Of a DNA stretch of 64,000 nucleotides, positions 19,506 to 29,672 are shown piece by piece; positions within the stretch are counted from its first letter, which is position 1, and each line of letters starts with the position of its first letter. The position numbers and the translations under genes were made by a program. Below the pieces are notes generated by a model that was given only the letters and a program-made list of their open reading frames with translations, was not told the origin of the DNA and ran no database searches. Where the stretch lies: NCBI GenBank assembly GCA_017399685.1, contig JAFQBM010000035.1:2174-66173 (forward strand). The letters run 5' to 3'. The stretch comes from Lachnospiraceae bacterium (GTDB taxonomy: Bacteria; Bacillota; Clostridia; Lachnospirales; Lachnospiraceae).

Positions 19506-20756
19506 ATGAAAAAAAAACTTAGATTATTGTTATCTGGAGTGCTTTTGACTTCGGTATTGTTTTCTGGATGCGGGAAAAAGGAACCAGAAGTTCAGGAGAA
19601 AAAAGAAATTGCAAGCTATGCAGAATTGGAAGCATCCATAGAAGTAAATAAAGAAAATTCCTTAACGATTTGGTGTTGGGACGAAGCTGACTTCTTATAC
19701 CTTTCAGAAGCTGCAAAGACGTTTTACAGTAGATATGGCATTGCAGTTACCGTGGAACAAAGAAATCCCACCGGTTTTTTGCAACAGGTAAATGATGCCA
19801 CCATTCAGAAAGAGGGACCGGATTTATATCTGACTACCAATGATCAGTTAAAGATTGCTCACGAAGCTGGACTGGCGGAGACCAATACTTTGTTTACAGA
19901 TGCGTATTGGGAGCATTATTTTCCTGAAATCACAAAAAATGCTGTAACTTTGGATGGAAAAACGGTAGGTTTTCCTTTATATTTAGATACTTATTTTTTG
20001 TTTTATGATAAGACCATCGTAGCTGAGAAACCGAATACGTTGGAAGATGTGTTAAGTTTTGCAGACACCTTTGAAGATGAAGAAAATGAAAGAGAAATTT
20101 TTAATTTTGACGTATCTGACCCATATTACAGTTTTATGTTTATGGGGAATTATGGAAACTTCTTTGGAGCATATGGGGATACTTATGAAGAATTTCAGGT
20201 AAATACAGAAGAGACCATAAGCAGTATGGAGTATTATCAGGCCTTTGGTGAGTTCTTATCTGTAGAATATGAAAATTCCAATGATGAAGTGATTTTAAAT
20301 GGATTAATAGATGGAAGACTTATTTTTGCCATTGGAAATACAAAGATGTATCAAAAATTAAATGAAAATGAGAACAACTATGCCATTACCATGTTGCCGG
20401 ATTTAAGCGATACCTTAGAGTCCAAGGGAATTTCCACCACCACTACCGTAGTGGTTTCTCCGTATTCAAGGCATCAGCAGGAGGCAGAATTATTTGGTGC
20501 TTATCTAACCTGTGAATTTGTAGAAGGACAGTATTCTTTGTCTGGAAAAATTTCACCTTGTAAAACTGTGGAATATACAAATCCGGATTTGAATTGCATT
20601 GTTGCTCAATATGAAGAGGCTCTTCCGGCACCAAAAGTATTGGCAGTAGGTGATTTTTGGAGTCAGGCTCAGATTAGCTTTCAAAAAATCTGGGAAGGGG
20701 AAGATGTAAAGACGGTGCTGGATGAATTTCAGGCAGTGATAACAAGCAGACAATAA
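19506..20756 (+). CDS. extracellular solute-binding lipoprotein (ABC-type), with no adjacent permease genes
   Basis: Signal peptide with lipobox LFSGC. The length and composition fit family-1 sugar-binding proteins. Confidence 0.65.
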   Translation: MKKKLRLLLSGVLLTSVLFSGCGKKEPEVQEKKEIASYAELEASIEVNKENSLTIWCWDEADFLYLSEAAKTFYSRYGIAVTVEQRNPTGFLQQVNDATIQKEGPDLYLTTNDQLKIAHEAGLAETNTLFTDAYWEHYFPEITKNAVTLDGKTVGFPLYLDTYFLFYDKTIVAEKPNTLEDVLSFADTFEDEENEREIFNFDVSDPYYSFMFMGNYGNFFGAYGDTYEEFQVNTEETISSMEYYQAFGEFLSVEYENSNDEVILNGLIDGRLIFAIGNTKMYQKLNENENNYAITMLPDLSDTLESKGISTTTTVVVSPYSRHQQEAELFGAYLTCEFVEGQYSLSGKISPCKTVEYTNPDLNCIVAQYEEALPAPKVLAVGDFWSQAQISFQKIWEGEDVKTVLDEFQAVITSRQ

Positions 20757-20862
20757 TATGGTAATAAAATTTCATGAAAAAAATATTGTAAAATTTGAAT
20801 AGATTCGTTACAATAGAATATGTGTAAAGACCAAGAACAGACGCAAGGAAAGGAGAATTTTT

Positions 20863-21414
20863 TTGCGTCATTCTTTTATTATTTTATGTGTATTTTTTTC
20901 GCTGATTTATTTCTTATCCGGTTGCAGCGAAAAAGAATTAGAAACGAACCGGATGACAACACAGACATTAGAACAGAGTGTTGACTCAGTTGCAAATGAG
21001 GAAGAAATGGCTGTGGTGACCTTTTATATCTGCGGTCAGGTAAAAAATCCCGGAGTATATACTTTGCCGGAAGGCAGCAGGGTGGAAGATGCCATTGTTG
21101 CTGCTGGTGGAACTTTAGAGGAGGCTGACTTAAGTCAGGTGAATCTGGCAAGATGTGTAAAGGAAGAAGAGCAGATTACCATTTATGCAAAAGGTGAGGC
21201 AGCAGATTCGTCCACGGATGATAAAATTCATTTAAATTATGCCACGAAGGAACAGTTAATGACATTAACAGGCATTGGTGAAAGCAAGGCTCTGGAAATT
21301 ATTGCATACAGGAAAGAACATGGAGGCTTTCAAACCAAAGAAGAATTGATGAATATTTCAGGAATAAAAGAAGGAACTTATAATAAAATAAAAGATGAGA
21401 TTGTCTTAGACTGA
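20863..21414 (+). CDS. comEA: ComEA-family DNA receptor (SLBB + helix-hairpin-helix)
   Basis: SLBB-like GQVKNPGVYTLPEGSRVEDAI and C-terminal HhH LMTLTGIGESKALEII. Confidence 0.75.
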   Translation: MRHSFIILCVFFSLIYFLSGCSEKELETNRMTTQTLEQSVDSVANEEEMAVVTFYICGQVKNPGVYTLPEGSRVEDAIVAAGGTLEEADLSQVNLARCVKEEEQITIYAKGEAADSSTDDKIHLNYATKEQLMTLTGIGESKALEIIAYRKEHGGFQTKEELMNISGIKEGTYNKIKDEIVLD

Positions 21415-21438
21415 TAGTAAGAATATGGGGAATAGAAA

Positions 21439-22128
21439 ATGGATAGAAAAGTTTTAGTAGTAGACGATGAAAAATTGATTGTAAAAGGAATTAAATTCAG
21501 CCTAGAGCAGGATGATATGAAGGTGGATTGTGCCTATGATGGAGAAGAAGCCTTGGAATTAGTAAAGAAAAATGAATATGATGTTATGCTTTTAGATATT
21601 ATGCTGCCTAAAATGTCCGGTTTAGAAGTGTGTCAGCAGATTCGTGAATTTTCGGATGTTCCGATTATTATGCTGACTGCCAAGGGCGACGATATGGACA
21701 AGATTTTAGGGTTGGAATATGGAGCAGACGACTACATTACAAAGCCTTTCAATATCCTTGAGGTAAAGGCGAGAATTAAGGCGATTATGAGAAGGAGAGC
21801 TACTAAAAATGTAGCACAGGCTCATGATAAGCAAAGACTAATCCGTGGTTTGATGATTGATGTGGAAGCAAGAAGAGTAACTGTGGATGATAAGCCTATT
21901 AACCTGACTGCCAAGGAATTTGATTTACTGGAACTACTTATTTTCAATGCCAATAAAGTTTATTCCCGGGAAGAATTATTAAAGACAGTCTGGGGCGAAG
22001 ATTATCCGGGAGATGTCAGAACTGTAGATGTGCATATCCGGAGATTGCGGGAAAAAATAGAAAAGAATCCGGGGGATCCAAAGTATGTGCAGACCAAATG
22101 GGGAGTAGGATATTACTTTCAAAAATAG
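21439..22128 (+). CDS. OmpR-family response regulator
   Basis: Receiver domain (VLVVDDE ... LLDIMLP) plus a winged-helix C-terminus (TKWGVGYYF). Confidence 0.9.
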   Translation: MDRKVLVVDDEKLIVKGIKFSLEQDDMKVDCAYDGEEALELVKKNEYDVMLLDIMLPKMSGLEVCQQIREFSDVPIIMLTAKGDDMDKILGLEYGADDYITKPFNILEVKARIKAIMRRRATKNVAQAHDKQRLIRGLMIDVEARRVTVDDKPINLTAKEFDLLELLIFNANKVYSREELLKTVWGEDYPGDVRTVDVHIRRLREKIEKNPGDPKYVQTKWGVGYYFQK

Positions 22129-22141
22129 TGAATGAGGGGAC

Positions 22142-23602
22142 TTGGAACCAATGATGAAAAAACCTTTTTCAAACATTAAAAGCATGAAGTTTTTTGTTGG
22201 AATTTCCTTCTTTGTTTTAGTAATTGCTTTAATTACGTTCTATTCTCAGATTGTTCAAAAATCCTATGAAAAGAAATCCATGGAATTAAGGATTTCCTAT
22301 GTGCAGAGCCAAAGCAATATTTTAGCGACCCAGCTTTTGGCATCTAACTTTGTATTAAATGGGGAAAATACAAAGGACTTAGAAGCAGAGATTGACCAGC
22401 TTGCCAGCGTTTTGGAAGGCAGAGTTATTGTCATTGATTATAATTACCGTGTCATTAAAGATACTTATACCATTCAGCAGGGGAAATATATGTTGTCAGA
22501 AGATGTATTTCAGATTATGCGGGGTGGGAATTATGAGCCGTATGAAATAAAGAGTAATTATATCAAGGTGTTTACTCCCATTATAAGCAGTAGCGGGGGA
22601 GAATGCAGAGGGGTTATCATTGTTACTGCACCCACAAAAGAAATTGAAGCTACCAGCCAGTATGTAAAAGAAAAAGCGGATAATTTCTATCTTATTACTG
22701 TGATTTTGGCTTTGCTTCTGGCTTGTTTTATTGCAATGATTACCACAAAAGATTTTAAGAAAATGAAAAAGCACTTAGAACTTGTGTCAGAAGATACTAT
22801 GGAAGACAATGAGATTAAAATTAAGGGCTTTTCTGAAATGCAGGATTTAGCAGCATCTTTAAATCAGATTATCCATCGTATTAATCATTTGGAAGATTCC
22901 AGACAGGAATTTGTATCGAATGTGTCCCATGAACTAAAAACCCCGATTACTTCTATGAAGGTGCTGGCAGAATCACTGCTCATTCAAGAAGATGCTCCAG
23001 CAGAGATGTATCGGGAATTTATGGGAGATATTGTGGCAGAAATAGACAGGGAAAATCAGATTATCAATGATTTGTTATCTTTAATTAAAATGGATAAGAA
23101 AGCTACGGCATTAAACATTTCCAGTGTAAACATTAATGAATTACTGGAATTGCTGTTAAAACGATTGAAACCACTTGCTGCCAAACGTAACATAGAAATT
23201 GTATTTGAAAGTTTTCGAACCGTAACTGCGGAAATTGACGATGTAAAACTTTCTCTTGCGATTTCTAATCTAATTGAAAATGCCATTAAGTACAATGTGG
23301 ATAATGGATGGGTAAGAGTTTCACTAAATTCGGACCATAAGTATTTTTATATCAAGGTTGCAGATTCCGGGGTAGGAATTCCAGAAGACTGTCAGACACA
23401 AGTGTTTGAAAGATTTTACCGTGTGGACAAGGCAAGATCCAGAGATACCGGAGGTACAGGACTTGGACTATCCATTACAAGAAATGCTATTTTAATGCAC
23501 AAAGGTGCCATTAAATTATACAGTAAACCGGAAGAAGGAACTACCTTTACCATGAGAATTCCGCTTACTTATACCGGACAGGTGGTAAATAAGGAAAATT
23601 AA
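22142..23602 (+). CDS. sensor histidine kinase
   Basis: H-box FVSNVSHELKTP, N-box NAIKYN, and G-boxes DSGVGIP and GGTGLGLSI. The start could be 22151 or 22154. Confidence 0.85.
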   Translation: MEPMMKKPFSNIKSMKFFVGISFFVLVIALITFYSQIVQKSYEKKSMELRISYVQSQSNILATQLLASNFVLNGENTKDLEAEIDQLASVLEGRVIVIDYNYRVIKDTYTIQQGKYMLSEDVFQIMRGGNYEPYEIKSNYIKVFTPIISSSGGECRGVIIVTAPTKEIEATSQYVKEKADNFYLITVILALLLACFIAMITTKDFKKMKKHLELVSEDTMEDNEIKIKGFSEMQDLAASLNQIIHRINHLEDSRQEFVSNVSHELKTPITSMKVLAESLLIQEDAPAEMYREFMGDIVAEIDRENQIINDLLSLIKMDKKATALNISSVNINELLELLLKRLKPLAAKRNIEIVFESFRTVTAEIDDVKLSLAISNLIENAIKYNVDNGWVRVSLNSDHKYFYIKVADSGVGIPEDCQTQVFERFYRVDKARSRDTGGTGLGLSITRNAILMHKGAIKLYSKPEEGTTFTMRIPLTYTGQVVNKEN

Positions 23603-23612
23603 GAGAGATGAT

Positions 23613-23640
23613 TGTAACCGTTCACATGTAAACAGTTACA
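23613..23640. repeat. Third member of the GTAAC-GTTCAC palindrome family
   Basis: TGTAACCGTTCACATGTAAACAGTTACA lies directly after the kinase stop codon. Confidence 0.6.
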
Positions 23641-23689
23641 GATGATTCACGGATGAATAGGTCGTAAATCAATAAGATTCGCTACAGGA

Positions 23690-24643
23690 ATGGAGATTAC
23701 TATGCCAAAAAAAAGGATAACCATGATTTGCCTTTTTTGGTGCCTGCTTTTCTTAACTGCGTGTAGTAACCATGCAAAGGAGAAAACAGAAGACACAAAA
23801 CTTGAGCTTCAGGAAGGGCAGATTAAAATTTATTATGCAAATTTAGAGCAAACCCAGTTGGTTCCAGTTCCTTATAATGTAAATAATAGTATTGGTGTTG
23901 AAAATCAGGCAGAAGAGATTTTAGAAATATTATGCCAGAGCAACGAGGAAGAAGGGTATCAGGCGGCGATTCCGTCCAGTATTAAAATTACCGGAATTGA
24001 ATGGTCAGAACCGAATATTTCTGTCCTTTGTGAAGTAGATTATAACATTTTAAAAGGATATGAGGAGATTCTTGCCAGGGCAGCTATTGTAAAGAGCCTA
24101 TGTCAGTTAGAAACGGTTGAGTCTGTAGATTTTAAGGTAAATGGAAATATGCTGACGGACAGCAATAATAATCTGGTGGGAAGACTGAATGACACTTCTT
24201 TTGTGGACGAGGGAGAAGAAAGCAGCACCTTGGGAGAAGTGGTGTTATATTTCGCAGATGATACAGGGGAACAATTGGTAAGACAACATGTTATTGTTGA
24301 TTTAAGCCAGGATGTTTCCATAGAAGAAATTGTATTAAGTTGTCTGATTGCAGGACCGGGTGGAACCGGAGCATATGCCTGTATTCCTTCAAAAACAAAG
24401 GTACTAAAAGCTGCCACCAAAGATGGAGTCTGTTATGTGGATCTTAGCAAAGAGTTTTTGGATTCCATAGAAGGTGTAAAAGATGTTGTGAAAGTTTACG
24501 CCATTGTAAATTCTTTGGTGGAACTTCCTACTGTAAGCAAGGTATCTTTTACTGTGGAAGGTGAAAAAATAACAGAATATTATGATAATATGACTTCCGG
24601 TGACTTTTTTGAAAGAAAACTGGATTTAATTAAAGAATCATAA
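23690..24643 (+). CDS. GerMN-domain lipoprotein
   Basis: Lipobox LTAC. The two-repeat architecture and composition resemble GerM-type proteins. Confidence 0.55.
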   Translation: MEITMPKKRITMICLFWCLLFLTACSNHAKEKTEDTKLELQEGQIKIYYANLEQTQLVPVPYNVNNSIGVENQAEEILEILCQSNEEEGYQAAIPSSIKITGIEWSEPNISVLCEVDYNILKGYEEILARAAIVKSLCQLETVESVDFKVNGNMLTDSNNNLVGRLNDTSFVDEGEESSTLGEVVLYFADDTGEQLVRQHVIVDLSQDVSIEEIVLSCLIAGPGGTGAYACIPSKTKVLKAATKDGVCYVDLSKEFLDSIEGVKDVVKVYAIVNSLVELPTVSKVSFTVEGEKITEYYDNMTSGDFFERKLDLIKES

Positions 24644-24725
24644 AAAAGAGGTAACGTTTTGGAGCCTGGCAGTTTGTCTATAAGCCTGGCTCTAAATCGT
24701 TACTTAAATTTGAAAAGGAGAGTAC

Positions 24726-27230
24726 ATGAAAAAACGACCTTTGGCATTTACAGCCATTTTCATCGTGCTTGGAGAGGCATTTGGGTTGATGGCACTTTGG
24801 CAGGGGTTACTTCTTTGTATCCTGATTCTTATGTTTGTAGGATGGAAGGAAAAAAGTAGATTTGTTTTATTTTTATTTGGTATTGTTTTGCTGTTTTATG
24901 TTCAAGGAGCAAAAGCAAAGAATACCTTGCTTCAGGAAAAGGAAAGGGATGGAAACTTTGTTACTTTGATAGGAACGGTAACCGGGAGTTTTGAGGGAGA
25001 GAATCCTTATTTTTACCTAAAAACAGAAAAAATAGAAGATGTAGAAGAAATAGAAGAAACAACCATTCAGATAAAGGTAATGAATCGTTCTGTTGTAGTA
25101 GAAAAAGGGGATAAAGTTGAGGTACAAGGTGAATTACTTACTTTTTCTGAGCCTACCAACCCTGGAGAATTTCATGTCGATTATTATTATCACAGCATTG
25201 GAATTTCGTACCAATGCATTTCTAGTCAAGTCATTGTTTTGAAAGAAAATCAAAATCCAATCTATCAATTATCAAAAGATTGTTCCAAAACCTTAAAAGA
25301 ATTTTATGTTCAATTCATGAAATCAGAAAATGCAGGAATACTCACAGGAATTATATTAGGGGATAAAACTAACATAGCAGAAGAAGACAAAAACCGGTAT
25401 CAAGAGGCAGGAATCAGTCATATTCTGGCTATTTCAGGATTACATATGGGTTGCATTGGAATGAGTATATTCCGATTCTTGCGAAAAAGGGGAGTTTCGT
25501 ATTTTTTCTCAGCTCTTTTTGCACTTCTTTTTTTATCCTTATATACGATTATGGTAGGAAACTGTGTATCCATGGAGAGGGCATTTCTTATGCTGTGTAT
25601 TTCACTTATTGGAGAGGTTATGGGAAGAAAGAGTGATATGTTGACGACACTTTCTCTGGTGGCAGCATTAGTGGTGGTAAAACAGCCCTATGTATTACTT
25701 CATTCCACCTTTTATTTATCCTTTCTGGCAGTTTATTCACTGGCGGTTTTTCCGGACTTGATAGAAAAAATATGGCAAGGGAAATCGGTTTGGAAAAAAT
25801 ATTTTATGTCTGGTTTTTGTGTTCAGCTTGGTTTGTTTCCTGTTTTTGCAGAATCCAATCACTATCTTGTGACCTATTCTTTTCTCACGAATTTCTTGGT
25901 ATTATTTTTCTTTTCCTATTTTTTAACCTTTTCCTTTTTGGTGTCGGTCTTAAGTTTTTTATTGCCGGAGACAGCAGGCTTTTTATTGAATTTCATTGAG
26001 ATTTTCTTAGAAGGAGTCCGATTTATTACTAAAATCAATGAAATGCTGCCATTTTATAAAATCAGAATACCCCATAATCCATGGTGGTGGTATGTAATCT
26101 ATTATGTTTTAATAGTTCTTAGCTTTTACATATTGGGAAAATCTTCGAAAATCATGGCAAATGAGAGGTATTCGAAAGATAGAAAGAGAAAAACAACCTA
26201 TGGATGTATGAACACATGTAAAGTGGAGGGAAGATTAGCTTTAAATGATAGGGATGGATATAAGAAAAAGCAGAAAGTAAAGCAAAATCAAAAGAATGCA
26301 GATAAGCATAATTCAACACGAAAGCTTAGAAAAGGTTTAACGGGCAGAGGTGATGATAAGGAGTTAAAACGGAATGGCTTCATAGAATCTGTTAAGGTTA
26401 GTTTTTGCACGTTATTTAAGGAAAATAAGAAATTTTTTTATGTCTTATGTCTTTGGCTCTTATTTTTCTTCGGAATGTACGGGTTTCATCATCAAGGGAA
26501 ATTACACGTAGCAATATTAGATGTAGGACAAGGAGATGGTATTTTAATAAAACAGGAAGGCGGAGTAAATCTTCTGATTGACGGAGGAAGCAGTTCGAAA
26601 AAACAACTTGGAAAGTACACGCTGGTTCCTGGCATGGATTATTATGGGATGGAACAGATTGATTATGCCTTTCTTTCTCATCTGGATACAGACCATATTT
26701 CCGGAGTTATGGAGCTTTTGGAAATGGGAAAAATTAAAAAGGTAGTGATATCTTCCTACACTGCAGAAAATGACTTGAAAGAAAGCGAATTAATGCAGTA
26801 TTTGACAGAAGAAAATACCATGATTGTGACAGAAGGAATGGAACTTCGTCTAAAAGATTTGGAAATAAAGATACTGGGACCTGAAAATGATAGAAAATAT
26901 GAAGATGGAAATGAAGCTTCTATGGTAATGGAACTATCCTACCACGGAAGAACCATGCTCTTTACCGGTGATATTGGCGAAGAGACAGAGGCCACTTTAT
27001 TAGAAAAAGTTTCAGAAGAAATAGATTTGCTTAAAGTTCCACATCACGGTTCCAAATATTCCACCAGCGAAGGTTTTCTGGATAGAATAAATCCTGTCAA
27101 TGCAGTCATATCCTGTGGGAACAATAATTATGGACATCCTAGTGCAGAAGTATTAGAACGACTTGGTATAAGAGGAATAAAAGTTCATAATACAAAAGAA
27201 GAAGGGGCGATGGTGTTTGTGATACCATAA
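24726..27230 (+). CDS. comEC: DNA internalization competence protein ComEC/Rec2
   Basis: The competence-domain motif GISHILAISGLHMG is followed by a C-terminal metallo-beta-lactamase fold (LDVGQGD ... SHLDTDHISG ... VPHHGS). Confidence 0.85.
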   Translation: MKKRPLAFTAIFIVLGEAFGLMALWQGLLLCILILMFVGWKEKSRFVLFLFGIVLLFYVQGAKAKNTLLQEKERDGNFVTLIGTVTGSFEGENPYFYLKTEKIEDVEEIEETTIQIKVMNRSVVVEKGDKVEVQGELLTFSEPTNPGEFHVDYYYHSIGISYQCISSQVIVLKENQNPIYQLSKDCSKTLKEFYVQFMKSENAGILTGIILGDKTNIAEEDKNRYQEAGISHILAISGLHMGCIGMSIFRFLRKRGVSYFFSALFALLFLSLYTIMVGNCVSMERAFLMLCISLIGEVMGRKSDMLTTLSLVAALVVVKQPYVLLHSTFYLSFLAVYSLAVFPDLIEKIWQGKSVWKKYFMSGFCVQLGLFPVFAESNHYLVTYSFLTNFLVLFFFSYFLTFSFLVSVLSFLLPETAGFLLNFIEIFLEGVRFITKINEMLPFYKIRIPHNPWWWYVIYYVLIVLSFYILGKSSKIMANERYSKDRKRKTTYGCMNTCKVEGRLALNDRDGYKKKQKVKQNQKNADKHNSTRKLRKGLTGRGDDKELKRNGFIESVKVSFCTLFKENKKFFYVLCLWLLFFFGMYGFHHQGKLHVAILDVGQGDGILIKQEGGVNLLIDGGSSSKKQLGKYTLVPGMDYYGMEQIDYAFLSHLDTDHISGVMELLEMGKIKKVVISSYTAENDLKESELMQYLTEENTMIVTEGMELRLKDLEIKILGPENDRKYEDGNEASMVMELSYHGRTMLFTGDIGEETEATLLEKVSEEIDLLKVPHHGSKYSTSEGFLDRINPVNAVISCGNNNYGHPSAEVLERLGIRGIKVHNTKEEGAMVFVIP

Positions 27231-27332
27231 TAGCGAAATTCGTTGAAGGACTAGGATTTTTGTGTTAATATGATTATGATGAAACGGATTTGTAAGAGAG
27301 TCCGGTGAGAGAAAAAGAAAGAGGAAACGGGA

Positions 27333-29582
27333 ATGAATCAAGATATAAAAAACAATGAAATCGAAACGTATATTGAGAATAAGGAATATATTGCAAATAT
27401 GTATGTAATGAAATGTTTTTCAGTTACCATGCTGGTTTTTATAGTGGCATTTTTGTTGAATTTAGGTGGTATTTTTACGATTGAACAAAAATTAATGTGG
27501 AAGCCCTTTGTAATATCTATGCTAATCTATATCATTTTATATATTACCACCAGATTTGTATCATTATCAAATGAAAAAATGAAATATTTTATTATGTTTT
27601 GCAGTATACTAGTCTTTACCATAACAGGTATATTTATTACCTATCATGTCATATTAATCTCCCTTTTGCCATTTTTATATGCAACACTATATTCATCGAA
27701 ACCTATGATGCGGTTTGTGTATTGTTTGAATGTAATAAGTACGGTGATTATTGTATATGGTGGATATTACTATGGCTTGTGTGATGCGAACATGTTAATG
27801 TTAACCAGCGGAAGGGTTCAGGAATATGTACTAAATGACCAGCTTATTCAGATGGGAGTAAATCCAAATCCGGTTTTTTCACTTATGTTGTTTTTTATCA
27901 TTCCACGATGTTTGATATATGTGGCCTTCATGACGGTATGTAGGAGCATATTTAATATTGTTAGCGGAAGTGTGGAAAAAGCGAGATTAACGACTGAATT
28001 AGAGAAAGCAAGGGAGAAAGAAGAAAAAGCAAATCGGGCAAAAAGTGAATTTTTAGCAAAGTTTTCGCATGAGATAAGAACCCCAATCAACACTGTGTTA
28101 GGCATGAATGAAATGATTCTTAGAGAAAGCAATGAAAAAGAGATTCATGAATATGCAAGTGATGTAAAAGAAGCATCGTTACTATTATTAAATATGTTGA
28201 ATGATATATTGGATTCCACCAAAGTGGAAGCCGGTAGGATGGAAATTATAAATGTAAATTATGAAATCAAAAGTTTGTTAAACGATTTATATCATATGAC
28301 AGATATAAGGGCAAAAGAAAAAGGTTTAAATTTAATTTTTGACATTGATCCTTCGTTACCTTCGGGATTTTTGGGGGATGACAAAAGAGTGAAACAGGTT
28401 TTATTAAATCTGCTTACCAATGCAATTAAATACACAAAGGAAGGAACGGTGACCCTGAAAGTAAGCGGTACAAAAGAGGGAGAAAAAGCATTCCTTAATT
28501 ATTCAGTGGCGGATACCGGAATTGGTATTAAAGAAGAGGATATTGGTAGAATTTATGATGCTTATTTTAGATTTGATGTAGAAATAAACAGAGAAATTGA
28601 AGGCACCGGTCTTGGTATGAATATCGTGCAACAATTGTTGAATTTATTAGGAAGCGAATTACAGATAAAGAGCGAGTATGGAAAAGGGAGTGAATTCTCC
28701 TTTGTTATCGAGCAAAAAATTATAAACGAAGAACCGGTAGGAAGTTCCTGGAAGAAATCATCAGATTCAAAAGAAAGAAAAGATTATCATACACCATTTG
28801 TTTCACCAAATGTAAAAATATTGGTTGTGGATGATTATGATATGAACCTGAAAGTGTTTAAAAACCTGTTAAAACAAACAAAAATACAGGTATTCTCTGC
28901 GGAAAGTGGGAAGGAATGCTTGGAGCAATTGAAACTACAGTCTTTTGATATGATATTTTTAGATCATATGATGCCGGGGCTGGACGGCATAGAAACCTTT
29001 CGTTTGATGCAAGAGAATCAGCTTTGTGAAGAAATTCCTGTTATTATGTTGACGGCAAATACAAATGTTGGAGAACGAGACAGATATATTAGGGAAGGAT
29101 TTACGGATTTTTTATCGAAACCAATCCTACAGGATAAATTAGATAAAATGATTTTAAAATATTTACCGACTAAGTGTATGGAAACTCAAAAAGCAGAGGA
29201 AATGTCGGTTTCTGTTATGAGTGGAGAAATGTTGATCCAACAATTGGAAAAGGCACTTCTGGAAATAGATTTTGCAGCAGGGATTGAGATTTGTACCGGA
29301 GATAAGGATTTTTACCTGGAAATACTGCATGATTTTACACATTTATCCATCAAACAGGAGTTAGAAAGATATCTCTTAGAAGGTGATGATAAAAATTACT
29401 GTATCAAGATACATGGATTTAAAAACAGTGCATATTCCGTAGGAGCTAAAAAACTGGGAGATTTGGCATATGAACTGGAGAAAGGTTCTAAGGATCGTTT
29501 TTCGGAAGAAATCGGGGAACTGCAGTCAGAACTTTTTAAACAGTATGATAGAATTTGTATGCAATACAAATTGTTGACGTAA
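27333..29582 (+). CDS. hybrid sensor histidine kinase (membrane sensor-HisKA-HATPase-REC-HPt)
   Basis: H-box FLAKFSHEIRTP, N/G boxes (NAIKYT, DTGIGI, GTGLGM), a receiver domain (ILVVDD ... DMIFLDHMMPGLDG) and a C-terminal HPt-like segment (IHGFKNSAYSVGA). Confidence 0.8.
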   Translation: MNQDIKNNEIETYIENKEYIANMYVMKCFSVTMLVFIVAFLLNLGGIFTIEQKLMWKPFVISMLIYIILYITTRFVSLSNEKMKYFIMFCSILVFTITGIFITYHVILISLLPFLYATLYSSKPMMRFVYCLNVISTVIIVYGGYYYGLCDANMLMLTSGRVQEYVLNDQLIQMGVNPNPVFSLMLFFIIPRCLIYVAFMTVCRSIFNIVSGSVEKARLTTELEKAREKEEKANRAKSEFLAKFSHEIRTPINTVLGMNEMILRESNEKEIHEYASDVKEASLLLLNMLNDILDSTKVEAGRMEIINVNYEIKSLLNDLYHMTDIRAKEKGLNLIFDIDPSLPSGFLGDDKRVKQVLLNLLTNAIKYTKEGTVTLKVSGTKEGEKAFLNYSVADTGIGIKEEDIGRIYDAYFRFDVEINREIEGTGLGMNIVQQLLNLLGSELQIKSEYGKGSEFSFVIEQKIINEEPVGSSWKKSSDSKERKDYHTPFVSPNVKILVVDDYDMNLKVFKNLLKQTKIQVFSAESGKECLEQLKLQSFDMIFLDHMMPGLDGIETFRLMQENQLCEEIPVIMLTANTNVGERDRYIREGFTDFLSKPILQDKLDKMILKYLPTKCMETQKAEEMSVSVMSGEMLIQQLEKALLEIDFAAGIEICTGDKDFYLEILHDFTHLSIKQELERYLLEGDDKNYCIKIHGFKNSAYSVGAKKLGDLAYELEKGSKDRFSEEIGELQSELFKQYDRICMQYKLLT

Positions 29583-29672
29583 AAGTACCTATGTACATAA
29601 ATCATGGGGCAAGATAGTTTTGATTTCAATATCGGAATGCAATGTGAATGAAAGTATTAGCGGAAGGGAAGA

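Noticed and set aside
24659-24859. A 66-aa ORF overlapping the comEC start, and internal plus-strand ORFs inside comEC (25451-25636, 25772-25999), the hybrid kinase (27599-27784), the HD-GYP gene (30193-30378) and the DUF1837-like gene (48118-48306).
   Set aside because: They are out-of-frame overlaps within longer ORFs that carry strong domain motifs, and nothing independently supports them.
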